DNA of 63,032 nucleotides, filler included, from Gonapodya sp. JEL0774 (GCA_027604505.1; 17 parts of 17 records of this genome joined end to end with filler, not necessarily neighbours in it), one strand, 5' to 3'; positions 1 to 13,193 are shown, counted from the whole stretch's first letter. Notes: generated by a model from the sequence alone, not told the origin. Numbers and translations: made by a program.

Positions 1-594
1 TGTGTTTGAACAGGCCTGTTTCCTGTCCGATGACAACGCAACGTGCTGGATTGCGTGCGCGTTTGTACAGTAAATCTCCTAATAGCGGAAGTCGTCCGCT
101 CTACTCATTATAATCGACTTGGAGCCACTGGAATGGCTTCATTTTGGATCTTGTAGATGATAGAACTACTAATGACCATGTAGCTAATATGTCTAGACTC
201 TCCTTTTCTGCACGACAATAATACATTGTCCCCAGAACAATTGGAGAATTCGTGGTCCCCAGTGATGATCCCACTACACAGGCGTATATTTATAACTTAA
301 GAATTCTCAAATGGTCCACCCGGATGGCTTCTTGATGATCTTCTGCAACCGTCCAGAGAAAGGAGCTGTAATTACCCAGTGAAAATAGAAAAGAAACAAT
401 GCTTTTACTAGGTGCTTTAAGGAAGAGAGGAGACATGCTTGGAGAATTGTAAGTTATTGTAGCCCTATTGCGTATATTTCAATGGCAGCTCTAATCACCA
501 GGAGTCAATTCATTGTCCAACTGGTTTGGAGTTGAGACTCTCAAACAGAAAAGCACGGACTGGTTCGGCTAAATTCACCACCCAATATTCTACC

Positions 595-844
595 ATGGCT
601 GCCTCCGATCACCCTCGCATGTCTCCTGCTTGGCGAAAACGTGCCCTTCGTGGTCTCTGTCGCACCGTCTTTGTCGGTGGACTCCCTCAAGACAGCCATC
701 AAGGAGGAACTCACACCAAAGTTGTCTGACATCGCTGCAATCGACCTGGACCTCTGGAAAGTCGACGTTCCGTACGCGGCACGTGCTTCCATCACGGAAG
801 ATACCTTTCTTGAGTTTCTCCTCTGTGAGTATGATGAATACTAA
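595..844 (+). pseudogene. Crinkler (CRN) N-terminal ubiquitin-like domain, probably frameshifted near the start
   Basis: One frame reads PITLACLLLGENVPFVVSVAPSLSVDSLKTAIKEELTPKLSDIAAIDLDLWKVDVP, matching the CRN N-terminal pattern (LxCxxxG..F.V....V..LK.AIK...A..L.LWKV). The ATG at 595 is one base out of frame. Confidence 0.7.
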
Positions 845-1429
845 GCGCAAGACTGCTCCAAGGATCTTCCTCCCGGTCTCCCACGTCTGTTCACGGAGCA
901 AAAACCTCTAGAACTTCCACCTTCAGAGGAGCTTGTAGCGGCTGTCACTGACTGTTGGGACCATCCATTTGACGATGATAACAGCAGGCAGAGAAGGGCT
1001 CTCATCTACATGATGAGAGATGCGCTTCCATCACATCAACGCCAACTGTTTGATCTACTTGCGCAGAAAGGGACCTTTGGACTGGATTATATTGAATCAT
1101 CTTCAATGCATTCTTCATCGGTTTGATTTTCTTGCATCTCTGCAATAAAACTACTCTGCTGTAGCCAGTATTTTATAGCTACAGGGTCGCAATTTTTCCA
1201 ACTTTGACAATATATCTTCCAAAGACGCGGTACACTTGAAAAGGTCGCGGCAGTCAGTCAACAACTTGTCATGTTGCCTGTATGAAGTGATAGCATTACA
1301 AGTCGATCACAATACCCTCACATTACTAATGCTTCCACATTGAGGATCGCAACAACTTACTCTGCCATCCAATTCATTTGGGATAGACCTCGGGGAGATT
1401 GACAACACCGCTTTCTGGCACTGCCATAA

Positions 1430-2070
1430 TGCATGAACAAGTGCATACAGCTCAAAGGATCGAAGAACTGAAACACAAGCTCCAAGAGAAAATCGAGGAA
1501 GGACAAAGCGAGCTCCGACACAAACTTGAAGTGAGATTCGAGGAAGGCCAAAGTGAACTCCGACACAAACTTTAAACGAAATTCGAGGAAGGCCAACATG
1601 AACTCCGACGTGTGGGTGATATATATCCAAACGTCATTATAAGCAAACCTCATATTATTTTTCACTAAGCTCAGTGTTATAGTCCATGAAGAAGACCCCC
1701 TACGGTGTGATGGTGTTCCCTGAGCAACTTGCATCAGATGATGATGAGTACAAAAGCATTCCAAGCTTCCCTTGGCAGGCCGAGAGCCACCCGACACATT
1801 GAGAGGCATACATGGAACACCTCCGTGATATTCTCAGGTTCATAACCCCCTCAGGATATGTGACTATAGCCACCATCAGTCTTCACTTTCGGTAACCATT
1901 GGAGATGTTCCAGTGAAGGCACAACAGACCTTCTTGTGGGCGTTGATGCACCCAATCCTTGGAAGATGGTTTCTGGAGCACTATATGCTTTGGAGGTGAA
2001 GAATGTTGGGGAGGCAGGTTCAAAAGTTGATCAAGCTTACGGGGGGAGCTGGATGACTACCGCAGGGTCT
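1430..2070 (+). pseudogene. Decayed CRN-type coiled coil plus PD-(D/E)xK (REase-like) effector domain
   Basis: Pieces in different frames read FPWQAESHPTH*EAYMEHL, GTTDLLVG...ALEVK and QAYG(EL). In-frame stops at 1573 and ~1799, plus frameshifts. Confidence 0.55.
1490..1610 (+). repeat. Three 45-bp tandem repeats encoding 15-aa (I/F)EEGQSELRHKLxxx units
   Basis: TCGAGGAAGG occurs at 1493, 1538 and 1583. Confidence 0.9.
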
Positions 2071-2678
2071 ATGGTCGAATTTATGATACACGTGCTTGCA
2101 AGAGGCGCCGATCAGATGAAAGTGATGATGAAGATGGGAACGGAATCTGGTGGAGCTCCAGGTTTGGTGGCGGAGCTTTACTGCGTTTTAGCGTGTGTTT
2201 CCATCAATGTTTCAGAGCCTGCCACGGGTGGCTCAAAAGAGGTTGGTCAAGAACCATTTGATTCAGATATTGGTTTCTTCAGGGATGATCCTGATGAGAT
2301 TGTGTCATCATTTGAGAATGCGAAGAAGTGGGCTATGGAGTTTATCTGCACGGGGGGAATTCAGGATGGGATGACAGTGGAACTTAAGAGGGTTTACTGT
2401 CGGTGGTAGATTTCGAGCAGGGGGACTTTTCGAACTAATGTGTGGTCTTACATCAATAATACAGCATTGTGTATCACTTCATTCCGGAAACTTTTATACA
2501 ACACAGCAGTTCCTGATTCCTGCGAACTGTCTCGAAGCTCTTTCTGGATTGAGCTCTTATTTGGTTTCATTTAGAAAGTGAACCGACGTTCTGCCTAGAG
2601 CGAAATCTTCCTATACCCGAGTTGGTGAGTGAGTGAACCGGTGGTGGGGTTGCCTGTCGACTGCAGTTGCGAAATCGC

Positions 2679-3624
2679 ATGAAGAACAATTCCACCGCAC
2701 CCATTCGACGGCCTTTAGCGGCTCGACTAGGGGCGTTATGGCCTTTCCTTCCTGCCATACTGTACACCGTGGGTGTCATTGCTCTTCTACTCTTGCCAAT
2801 CGTTCCCGCGTTTCGCAAGGAATTCTACGTAGACGAGAACGCGATGGGTCCAGGAGAGGTACGATCGTCGCACGTCTCAAAGGCTTTACTGAATGCACTA
2901 AGACTACTTCTCGCCGGTCGATTGCATAAGGCATCAACGCATTACGGGTGGGGTGAGCGAACACATATGATAAACTGGTCACGGAAATTTGAGGGTAGAG
3001 AGTTCTTTGATGCCGAGGAGTGAGTCTCTCTATCATATTTCGACTCTTCGAGTGATTGCCCATTACCAAGAAATTCAAAAACAGACCAGCAGATGCGTTC
3101 GCAACGGTTCTCTGGGACCTTGGTTTGGACACCACCGTACACGTTTCAACTCTTAGAAACCGCACGGTATGATGCTTTTGTGTGTATGCTATGATGGCAG
3201 CTTACTCTTCTCATGGTTTTGTTCGCAGCTTCGCAATGTCATTGGTGTGATGAGGGCCCCTCGAGGCGATGGGACGGAATCCATTGCGTTGACCACAAAT
3301 CTCAGATGCAACGAAGGCCAGCGTGAGATGGCATTTGATTGTCGCGATACATTTTCATCGAGATTATGACCCCGCGAATCGATCTGTATAACGGGCAGTC
3401 AATTCCGTTGGTATAGCGTTTCTGCATTCGCTAGTGGATCTGGCTGTCCGTAAGTCTCAACGCCGCGAATTTGCTCAAATTGCGTCTCCATTCTGATCTG
3501 GTTTCGTTATCAGGTATGCGCTACTGGTCCAAGGATCTGCTCATTGCTGTTTTGGATGAAGGGGCTGGAGGAGCTGAGGCGCTGATGAGGGATTACTCCA
3601 CGGCGACACAAGGAGGTAATGCAG
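2679..3624 (+). CDS. GAA1: GPI transamidase subunit Gaa1/GPAA1, multi-exon, 3'-truncated by the contig end
   Basis: N-terminal TM segment followed by FYVDENAMGPG, NVIGVMRAPRGDGTESIAL and YWSKDLL motifs; GT-AG introns. Confidence 0.9.
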
Positions 3625-3724
3625 NNNNNNNNNNNNNNNNNNNNNNNNNNNNNNNNNNNNNNNNNNNNTTAATTAATTAANNNNNNNNNNNNNNNNNNNN
3701 NNNNNNNNNNNNNNNNNNNNNNNN
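3625..3724. other. Artificial contig spacer (N44-TTAATTAATTAA-N44). Identical spacers start at 7348, 11070, 14789, 18508, 22225, 25940, 29653, 33365, 37077, 40787, 44496, 48204, 51912, 55619 and 59326
   Basis: The same 100-nt spacer with stops in all six frames occurs 16 times, and segment lengths never increase. Confidence 0.98.
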
Positions 3725-4170
3725 CGTGAAGGTCGGAGGTAAAAGTACGGGAAGTCTTGATGCAAGTCGAATACGAATGGGAGACCGGAGACCGACCATA
3801 CATAGGGATTATAGACAAACGAACGATTTGAAGACTGTGCGAGGTAGGCAAGAAGAACGCTGGGACGGAAGATTGGCCCGATGACAGAGAGTTCTGTCAC
3901 TTCTTGACGATCATAGTACGTCTCTAGAGCATCATACCTCTCCAGCAGAAAGTTATTGAATCCTATGCCAATGTACTGATCCTCGAATAGCACGAATCGG
4001 GGCTTCGGTTGCTGGCGATCGCGAATATCTGACGCATATTCGTTCGCAACTAACATCTCCATTTTCCAGGAAGAAGAGAAGGTGGGCGGTAGCACGGTGG
4101 TAAAATACAAAATGATAGTCACGCAAAAAAAGACGAGGAAAGCGGATTTGGGCGAGAAACGGTGAATCAT
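3725..4170 (-). CDS. Type II membrane glycosyltransferase, GDP-fucose O-fucosyltransferase-like, 5' part
   Basis: Signal anchor followed by GIGFNNFLLE...LLAYLAQSSNRSFVY, similar to the G.GFNN...LA....R.FV motif. Confidence 0.6.
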
Positions 4171-4222
4171 GGTTTACGTTGGGTGCTGATTATCAGTTGA
4201 CATTTATGGGACTGTCATGGGG

Positions 4223-6316
4223 CTAAAACTCGTATCCCTCGTCCTGCACAGAGACAATAACTTCCGGACGTGCGTTTTGAAATGCCTTAACAGCTTTCAG
4301 GACGGAAACTGTGTAGCCGGCTGGTCCACATACAAACACTGCCAAGGAGGTGCAAGACTCAGGAACACTGGCGCTCAATACCTCTAACGAGGAGTATTCA
4401 CAATGTTTGTTTATGCCACGCATATATCAGGTGAAAGCATGACAAAGGTAGTGGGACCACTCACCGAAGGGCACGATTCGAGAACGATTGACGCTAATCC
4501 GCTCATTCTCTTGATTTTGTGAAGGAAATGTCTTGACGGGAGCAAATAAAATCGTGAGATCAGAAGACAAAAATGGAGCTAAAAGGGATGGTACCTCAAT
4601 GTTGGTCAATGGGTCCTTGTCGTCTTTTTCACCCGAAGACGAGTTGAACACCATACAATCCAGTTCACATGATTTTGTTTCTTGCGCTTCCTGCATCAGC
4701 TCTAGCAAGAGGAAGTTAGCGTCTTCGCGATGTACAAGATCGAACGAATGCGCAGCCGTTTCTTACCCTGAACCACTGAAACCTGTTCACCACCAGACCC
4801 TCGCAAAGACCAGAATAGACCAAGCTTGACTGATTTGGGAGACGTCTCCAGTCTTTGTATTGCGTAACGCAAAGTTCCGACCGCTGGAGCCAGACCAGTA
4901 CCAGCTGCAAAGCACAGCACACAGTCCGTTTTCGCCTGATTGAAGTCATTTCTACCGAACGGTCCATCCAATCGTAGGGTGATATCTAGTGAGCTAGATT
5001 CACGGTCTTTCGAAGCGTCTGAAAGGAGGAGACGCCTCGACAGACGGTGCTCCCATTCGTTAGATCGGTGGGGTTTAGGTTCGAAGAGAATTGTTCCAAT
5101 GGGCCCACCAGGTTTGTGAGAAAAACTGTTTTGAAGATATCAAGCTAGTGGTTGACTGGTACATTCACGGTGTCGTAAACGAACCTGAAAGGGTGCCATT
5201 CGCTCCTCGACACTGCGGGCACATTGAACAATCCCCATTCAGATCCAGTGGTCGTTGGTTTCAGATCTAGTGGCCACACAAAGTCCACTCGCATGAGACC
5301 TGAAGGCTCTTGAACCGCCTTGATAATCTTGATGGGACGATTCCATGCCACCGTGCGAAGAAAGAGATCATACGCGTAGAGACCAAGTCCCGGAATGCAG
5401 TAGTAAAAATCAGACGCCGCGTGCAGCCAGGCGAAGACAAGTGCTGGGAAAACGAGGAAATGTGTGTAATAGAAGAGATTGAAGTGGTCTCGTCGGAAGT
5501 ACGGTATGGAGAATAGCGCGACAGGGAGAAAGACGATAGTGGAATATGTTCCCATCGTGACCATCCAGCTGCAAGTGCAATGAAAGAATATACTCAGCAG
5601 CGCGCGATTATTGCACCGTGGTGAATTGGGAACGTGACATGCACTCACTTCCCTTGGCCCCAACCCGGAGCATGTTCACCTGCGGTGTGAGGTCCCACGG
5701 GGTTCACGCCTCCAGTGAAGAGGAGCCATATAAGATTCTCCAATGTCCGATATCCCAATGTAAACACAATGTACAGTATCGTGTGGAAGCCAAGCACGAT
5801 CCACAAAAAATAGCCGACTCCGCGATGTACCCAGACATATCTTTCAAATGAGACACCAAGCAAGCGTTGATAGCCGGAGTTTTTGACGGCAAACAACAAA
5901 AGCAAGCCTAGAGACACATCGCAGAGCTTGCCCGTCATCATTGTCCAGAAAAACGCCTGACGGCGCGATGGGTGTAGTTTCCGGTTTACATATGCTGGAG
6001 AGTTCAAGAGATCTTCAACTCGAACCGTGAAGTAGCCAAAATTGAAAGAAAAGAGAGATGCAAGCCACAAAACAACAAGAAGCTCTTTTACAGAGTAGAC
6101 TCCGAAGTACTTGGTGATGATAAAGGGGTTGGAAAGTTTGCGCTGCAGGTCGCGGTTACGATTCAACTAAATTCGAAGCCAATTGTACCGTAAAAATCAG
6201 AACGGGGCCATTGCTGCTGTAAGAGTAATTGTACTCACAAATGAGGCGATGGCACAGCCAACGACTATCCATCCATAAAACACTAGCAACGCGACCCGGG
6301 AGCTGGTTTTCGCCAT
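4223..6316 (-). CDS. Ferric reductase (FRE/NOX family: TM heme domain, FAD- and NAD-binding domains), multi-exon
   Basis: VWVHRGVG, FYYTHFLV...WLH, EWHPF, DGPFG, FAAGTGLAP and VFVCGP...EGYEF C-terminus. Confidence 0.9.
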
Positions 6317-8049
6317 GGGCTGAACGTGCTCAATACAATAGTCAGCGTAGCAGGGAAGTTCCATCAGTACATTGCCAAGGATGAGTCCGGCCGTGTCTGT
6401 GCGCGAAGACAGTGGGTAGATAAAGTCGACCAAGAAGAAAATGTCACGTGACGCCCACAACAGAGTAAAACAACTCCAACGAGCAGACATGGTGATGAAA
6501 GCGCGAACATAATTTCGATCAGGGAGTCTCCGGATTGCTTGTATTACGTGTTTCTGCACGGCAAACCTGAGCGATTATCGCCGCGAAGAGTATCCCAAAC
6601 GGTGACAGGTATATATCGTGTGGGAACAGGTGAGGACGCACGATTCAAGTGAGATTCCACAGTAATCAAAAGCGAGGAGAGTGATTGGCGTAGAGATTCG
6701 TCCAGATTTGATTGTGACAAATTGATGCTCGGAGGGTTCTTTTGACCCTCTGCTGGTCCATCGGGCCCTTTTAGGACCGCAAGTGGCCCCAATATCGGAA
6801 CCGACAGCAAATGGAAATCAGCCAGCATCGAACGCGCGCTTTTGCGTCACTGAATCCGTCCCGCAGGAGTTATGCTGAACAATCTGATACTGGCAGTACT
6901 AAAAAATAATGATGAATCAGTACACATAAGTCCGGATCTAGGTCAAATCCTGAAGTACATACCAGTATGTGGACTAGACCCAATGCAAATTGCTCATTAA
7001 CTATGCGCTTGCAGTGCCTGCAAACAATATGTACATTCGATAAGAAAACTAAGAAAATGTGAGCGAACTACACGCAAGGTATACCATATCCTGGCCCCAG
7101 AATATTGACAGCGACACACAGTACAAAGTCCCAAAGACGTAGTGAATGCCCTCGTGACGGTTCAAACAGCCGCTCCTTTGAAAGAGTATTCGCTCCAGAG
7201 CAGGAAGGGTTTGTTCTAGTTCCTTCCCGCCCCACCCTTTCCAACCACGATAGGAGCCTGCACTCCCCAACTGCCCCTTCCAAGTTCTTCTGCGAGCCCA
7301 AGTCCACTCTTGGCCTGCAAGTCCAACACCATGAGCCTGTCCCCACCNNNNNNNNNNNNNNNNNNNNNNNNNNNNNNNNNNNNNNNNNNNNTTAATTAAT
7401 TAANNNNNNNNNNNNNNNNNNNNNNNNNNNNNNNNNNNNNNNNNNNNCTCGCATGACCCCCTTCACTTCTTAAAATCAAAAGAATGAAGCCCCGCTTCGC
7501 TTTCGCTCAGCGAAACTTCGTCTTCTGTAGTGACTCCTCTATGTGTCTACTGACATCTAATGTAGCAGAATGCCACCTGGCATTGAAATACTAGATGAGT
7601 TGCATGGGATCACAGGACCTTGGTCTGTGGTCTTGCCATGGTTGCTTGTAGGGCTGTCCAACTGAAATTGTGTGGTCCCCCCTGTGTCAACATGTATGTG
7701 CTCACTCCACAACAGGTTCTTGCACATGCATTGGAATGCTATGGAGTTTGGCGCCAAGTGTAGGTATGCTCTGATCAGGTGTAGCCAATGCCCATACTTG
7801 TTTTGGAGTAACTGTATGGGTGCTTTGATCAACTGCACAGCAGGGCCGCAGGAGACATGAGGCAGGATATCATGGCAGTGTTGGTGGCCATGATCACCAG
7901 CATGGAGTGAGTTTGCAGGAGTGGGGTTCTTTTGGGTATTTTGGTTTGCTGTAGTGGAGGTGTCTTCCTGTGTGTTTGTTTTTCTGTAGAAGTTTGGTAC
8001 TGGGTCACTTAGTTACCTGTGAGAACCTGAGGAGTTGATTCTCCTAGTG

Positions 8050-11000
8050 TTTTAGACATAGCTTTTGGACTCAGATAGGTGATGATAACTGCCCTCTAAT
8101 ACAATCTTTGATACTCTTAGGAGAAGCCCAAAAAATGTGGTCACAAACTCACCAAGGAATGCCTGCTCATCCCGACTGTACTCCAGATAGACAAATGCAA
8201 ACAGTATGCAATGCTGGAAGTACTCGGAAGTCTGAGCAGAGCTCCTGCAAAAGCTGGTAAAAGGGTTCTACATATACAAGCTCCATGTTGACAATCCAGA
8301 GACATATTCTTGCAAAACTCTTGAAACTCTAGTACTAAAAATGCAATGACGTGAAAAATCTGTATCTTTTTGACAATACCTGTTTATCCCACATCTAATT
8401 CTATGTACTTCAGCAATGAACAAATTATTGCTTACACCAAGCAGCTGAATGTGTAACTGAGAACAAAACCTGGCAAAAGTGTCTCACTCCACCAAGAGAG
8501 AATGGAGCTGATGGAGCTAACCAGACTAGAGACAAGCAGGTAGCTTAGGACTCCATTCAGAAAGTCCAAGTCCTTGTTCTCAATTTCTCACCCAAAAATC
8601 CCAATCATCACTGTAATGAGCTTTCGATAGTCCCAATTTATGTCATACCATTGAATCTGTTCAACCAACCACCAGTGGGTAGATGTTTGTTCAGAAAATG
8701 TGAAACCACTCAGTACTCACTGGTTTCATCCTGTGTTGAACAATATTGGCAGGCTCTGCGTCTTCAACATCTGCCACATACCTGCAAGCAGATTCCTACA
8801 ATATCAACTCAGCAAGTCACCTTTTTGTTTTCGTTCACACTTATTGATTTAAAATAACAATTTGTGCAGCCAAACTTACCAAGACAGAAGTGCATGTGTT
8901 CAGTTCACAAGTAGCAGTGAGGCATAAAAGGAATAAGGTCAGAGAACCGCCAAAATAGGCCAAGTCTGTTGCTGGAATGCATCGGCCTGATGTGTTAAGA
9001 TTAATCTCCATTGTTAGATATATTCTATATAGTTAGTTGGAAGATCATGAATCTCACCAAACAATATTGATGTTGTGGCCTTCAGTGCAGTAATGATAGC
9101 CCAACGATGCCAAGCAGACAGGTTTTCCTGGACTGGCTTTGCACTGCCAAGCCACCATTCAGCAAGCCAGTGCTGTAAATCAACCTCGTCTGTTGTATAA
9201 ACCTTCGCAATGATCTCTTGCAGAGAAAATGACAGCTTGCGGTTTTGGTTGCTTCTTTGTGATGAGTTGGAACTGGTTCCTGACTTGAGCTGGTTGTGCA
9301 GTTCATTCAAAAAATGTCTGTAACAGACAAAAAGCATCACATTCTCAAACTGTCAAGGACAAGAATGGGTGATGGCAACATACCGAGTTACGGCCTGCCG
9401 CAAAATATGTGCTGCTAGTGCTGGCGCAACATACCCGAATCCATCAAGGGCCCCTAAGGTGATGTGAACGACAACTGAGAGTGCACCTATGACTGTCATT
9501 ACATTATCCACTCCAAAATACCCCCTGAAAGCTCAAAATTCTTTTTAATACGACGCAGACAAAAGATATCTTTAGTTGTCACCACTTACCAGAAAGACAC
9601 ACTGAACATAATATAAATCACACATGTGAGAGTCGCCACAAAAAAATATACAACCAACGCCCAAGTCAAAAGAATATTGATGCAATTTGGACAGGCGCAC
9701 ATGAGGTCTTCTCTCATTTCAGCTGTTGCTCTCTGGCGTCTCCAAATATCAGTTCGGCTCCGACGATACTCTACTAAGAGGCAAACGTGCGGGTTTGGTG
9801 GGACTCTTTTGTCTCGTTTTACCGAAAGATCGCGTAGAACTCTGCGCATCTGAGGCAATCGCCAGACTGTGAAGTAGTAGAATGTGGTTAGCAGTGAGCA
9901 CTGTCAACTCCATGGATAATCTCACCTAGCGCATGCACAGAACCACGCTCGACTGTACGCTTTTCGCTCTCCTGTAAACAGCCATCTTCCAGCTTCAGAC
10001 CCGATTGCCGGACTTCCGCGTGGAACTCATTTGGTCCACCAAAAAACGCGAGCCTGAAGTACAATATGTGATATGTACTTCGATAAGCATGAACTGTTAG
10101 AACTCACCGCACCCAGACAATGGATCCGAAAATCACGCTGGATGCGAGAACTCCTCGTGGCGAATTCACTCCGGTCCCATACCAAAGGCAAACAAACCCA
10201 ATCAGCCATAACACCACTTTACCACGATAGGGAAACGAGTCCGCGAGGTTGCAAGCCCAAATAATCCAAGTGATCTGCCATAGCTTTGCATCCATACGAG
10301 CTACAGAAAAAAGAGAGTGAGTCTGCTTCAAGTGGGTATCACTCGGTGAGTCCAGCTCTGACTGTTGGCACTTTCGCAGATGTGGTAGCCGGCTGCAGAC
10401 GCTGGAATCTCACAACAGCATCAATCTCTGAGCTGCAGTGAGCGGTTTACTGGACAAGCACACCTGGATTAGCTGTTGCGTATGTGTTCGGCAAAAGGCT
10501 CGGCTGTGAAAGCTGTGGGCACCCGTATGGGATCTCTTTCAATATAAACATATCCTCCCAATAATAATTCTCTCAGTGTCCACTATAGTCTCCCACACTT
10601 CCTTACCAAGCACACAATTGAATTTTGCAATGACTCTACGACTTTCTTGATCATTCAAGTGCTCCACAGAGCCCGTGAAAAGTCCCACACGGCGTGTGCC
10701 CACAACATGCCACGTACGAGAATAAAAAAGTCCAGAGAGGTGAAGAGGTGAACGCGGGGAGATGGTGGGTTGCGGAGTCTGGAGGAAGACGTTATGTTAT
10801 CGATTCTCTTCCTGCGACTCCAGCGTCTCGCAACCCGCACACCTTCACTCCCGTGTTCCCTCATCTGACCAGTCCCCCCCACACACCCACACGCGCACGC
10901 GCAAACGCAAACGCAAACGCTGTCGTTTTGCTGACACCCGGCACCCGCCCCATTCCCTAAGTGCTCCCGCGTGGGTACGTACCACCTTCCGCAGGCCCTG

Positions 11001-11069
11001 TTTCCGCAACATGACCTGAATCCCTTCGGCTTCACCATCTTCCAAACTTCCCACACTTTTCCCCACCTT
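8050..11069 (-). pseudogene. Unidentified multi-exon gene, probably decayed
   Basis: Series of exon-like segments with GT/AG boundaries (for example IQWYDINWDYRKL...G*EIENK and DHLDYLGLQPRGLVSLSW*SG) that contain in-frame stops. No family recognised. Confidence 0.3.
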
Positions 11070-11290
11070 NNNNNNNNNNNNNNNNNNNNNNNNNNNNNNN
11101 NNNNNNNNNNNNNTTAATTAATTAANNNNNNNNNNNNNNNNNNNNNNNNNNNNNNNNNNNNNNNNNNNNAGCGACTAGAGATTACATTAGGAGCATTTCA
11201 AAAGCAACTACCTTTTAATCAGGGAGCTTGCCTGATTTTAACGATCAAATCATGATTTGAATACACCTACAACTTTACAAGAGATTTCCT

Positions 11291-13193
11291 TCACAATTTC
11301 GCCGCACCAGCTCCTGCTTCCCTCTCCACTTCATCCAAAACGCCCGCGAGTCTTTTCAAAGCAATTTCTAAAGTTCCCCAAGTGTCCGGCGCGAATACGA
11401 TCCGGAACCATCCCAGGTCCCGGCAATAGAATGCCTCTCCGAGAGCGATGTACACTCCGGCACCGAGAAAGTGTTCCCACAGAAGACGTTCGGGAACTCG
11501 AGAGGGTTGAGGTCGCTGTGAGTCAAAACCGTTCAGATGACACGAGAGCACTGACCGCACAGGTCATCCATAGCTAGGCTCAGACTAGATCTCACCGTCC
11601 ACTCTTGATCGTACCATTCCGGCATGCACTTGGTGTCAACGGCATTTGCCGTCTTCTCTTCTATATCCAGACTGGCGCAGACGCCGCCGAGCATCCTCAC
11701 CCATTTTCTCAGATCGACCCACGCAAAGAACCCCGCGCTCACCGGCACGTGACCGATGCCCTTCTGTTGCAACCACGACGTCAGCCGTGTATACATTTCA
11801 CGGAGACGCACCCTGTTGAGTCGAATATGAGTGTCGACAAACACACGGTCCGAAAGGAAGTTCGTCATGGCGATGTCTAGGGCGTTCGAGATGTTGTGTA
11901 GGAAACCTATCCGCGTGATAGCTGACATGATTTGTGTAGAGCGAGTGACAATTGTGCCTACGCGAAGACCGTTTATACAGAAGTCTGGGAAGTTGGCGAG
12001 GAAGAAGTGTCGATCTCGACAACTTGAGTGGTCAGCTCAAATTAACTGGTGTGCGAACCTTTGCTCATCCCGTAAAGTACGTGAACCTTCTCAAGTGGTA
12101 GACCTTTCGGCAATTCCATGGACAGGATGCTCTTGAACTTTGTCGTGTTCGTTCCCACAATTCCTCCGAACTCGCTCAGGGCATAGATTTCATCGCTGAT
12201 GAGGTGAAGACCTCTCTCAGAACAGAAAATCGCCATTTCCAACAGTTCCGCTTCAGTGTAGCAGTCGGCCAGTGGGTTTCCTGGGTTACAAATGAGAAGC
12301 GCTCGGACAGTCCTGCGTTTGGCTCGGCAACGGTCAAAGGCGCTGACAGCTGAAGGAAGAGACCACCGAAAACGCGATGAATGCGACAGCAAGGAGGTAG
12401 GGAGTGGGGAAAGATGAATTGGGTACGGCTGATCAGGAGAGACTGGTGTGAAGAGTTGTAATATGTGTGTCCGCGTAATCACACATATTCAACCAACCTC
12501 AACACCTGACTGATACCTTAGATCTGTCTCAAATGAACCATAATATGGTGCTGGCACCAGAAATACGTCACCGGGGTTTCCCAGTACTTGTCCAATCACG
12601 CTAATGCATGCACCACATCCGGCGAATACAGCAACTTCTTCTGGACGAATAGCAGGCCGCGCGTGAAATCTCTCATTAAAAATGTCAGCAAAGCACGCTT
12701 GGAGAGGAGCGGATCCCGAAACAGAACCGCTGGTAGTTAAAAAATACTCAACTGCCGACCCCTATGTGCATACGAGTTGGTGCATCGGGTGACTCACTAA
12801 GAAAGATCGGCAGGCCTCAAGTCAAACTGCGGACGTCAGAAACGCATTTTCTTAAAGTTAGCTTGTTCGTTATCGATGACGATTGGGTTCGCTGTCACAA
12901 CTACCCATCGAGGGTTGGCTCAGTTTTTGAATTACCTCTGTCCCAGTTAGCGGGTCTTCAAGTCAATTTGATTGTCCCAAGGGAAATGAATCGCTGAACA
13001 GCTATTGCTTACCGGGCCACATCAATTGGTTTTCTGCCGTTCCCAGGTTTATGATCCCATCAGGGTTTGTTTGCTTCTCGTACTTATTCCCAGCCCATCT
13101 GTCGAATCCTTCCCCCAGATACGAGAATACCTTCGTGTTGTTTTCGGCGCGCTCCGACAGTTGAAGAGGCTGCTGGCCAGTTGTGGCGGCCAT
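11291..13193 (-). CDS. PLP-dependent aminotransferase class I/II, ACC-synthase-like, multi-exon
   Basis: GIINLGTAEN, LICNPGNPL, HLISDEIYALS, VHVLYGMSK, AGFFAWVDLR and GWFRIVFA motifs. Confidence 0.9.

Noticed and set aside
100..200. SHWNGFILDL as a Ulp1-like protease motif; also IFVPCF...NH at ~57520-57580
   Set aside because: The matches are too short, and no catalytic Asp/Cys context was found.
3669..3680. TTAATTAATTAA recurring at ~3.7-kb intervals, as a possible biological repeat or CRISPR-like array
   Set aside because: It is embedded in N runs and is an artificial all-frame-stop spacer.
10885..10921. (GCAAAC)n and CA-type microsatellite
   Set aside because: A short, ordinary simple repeat, probably intronic.
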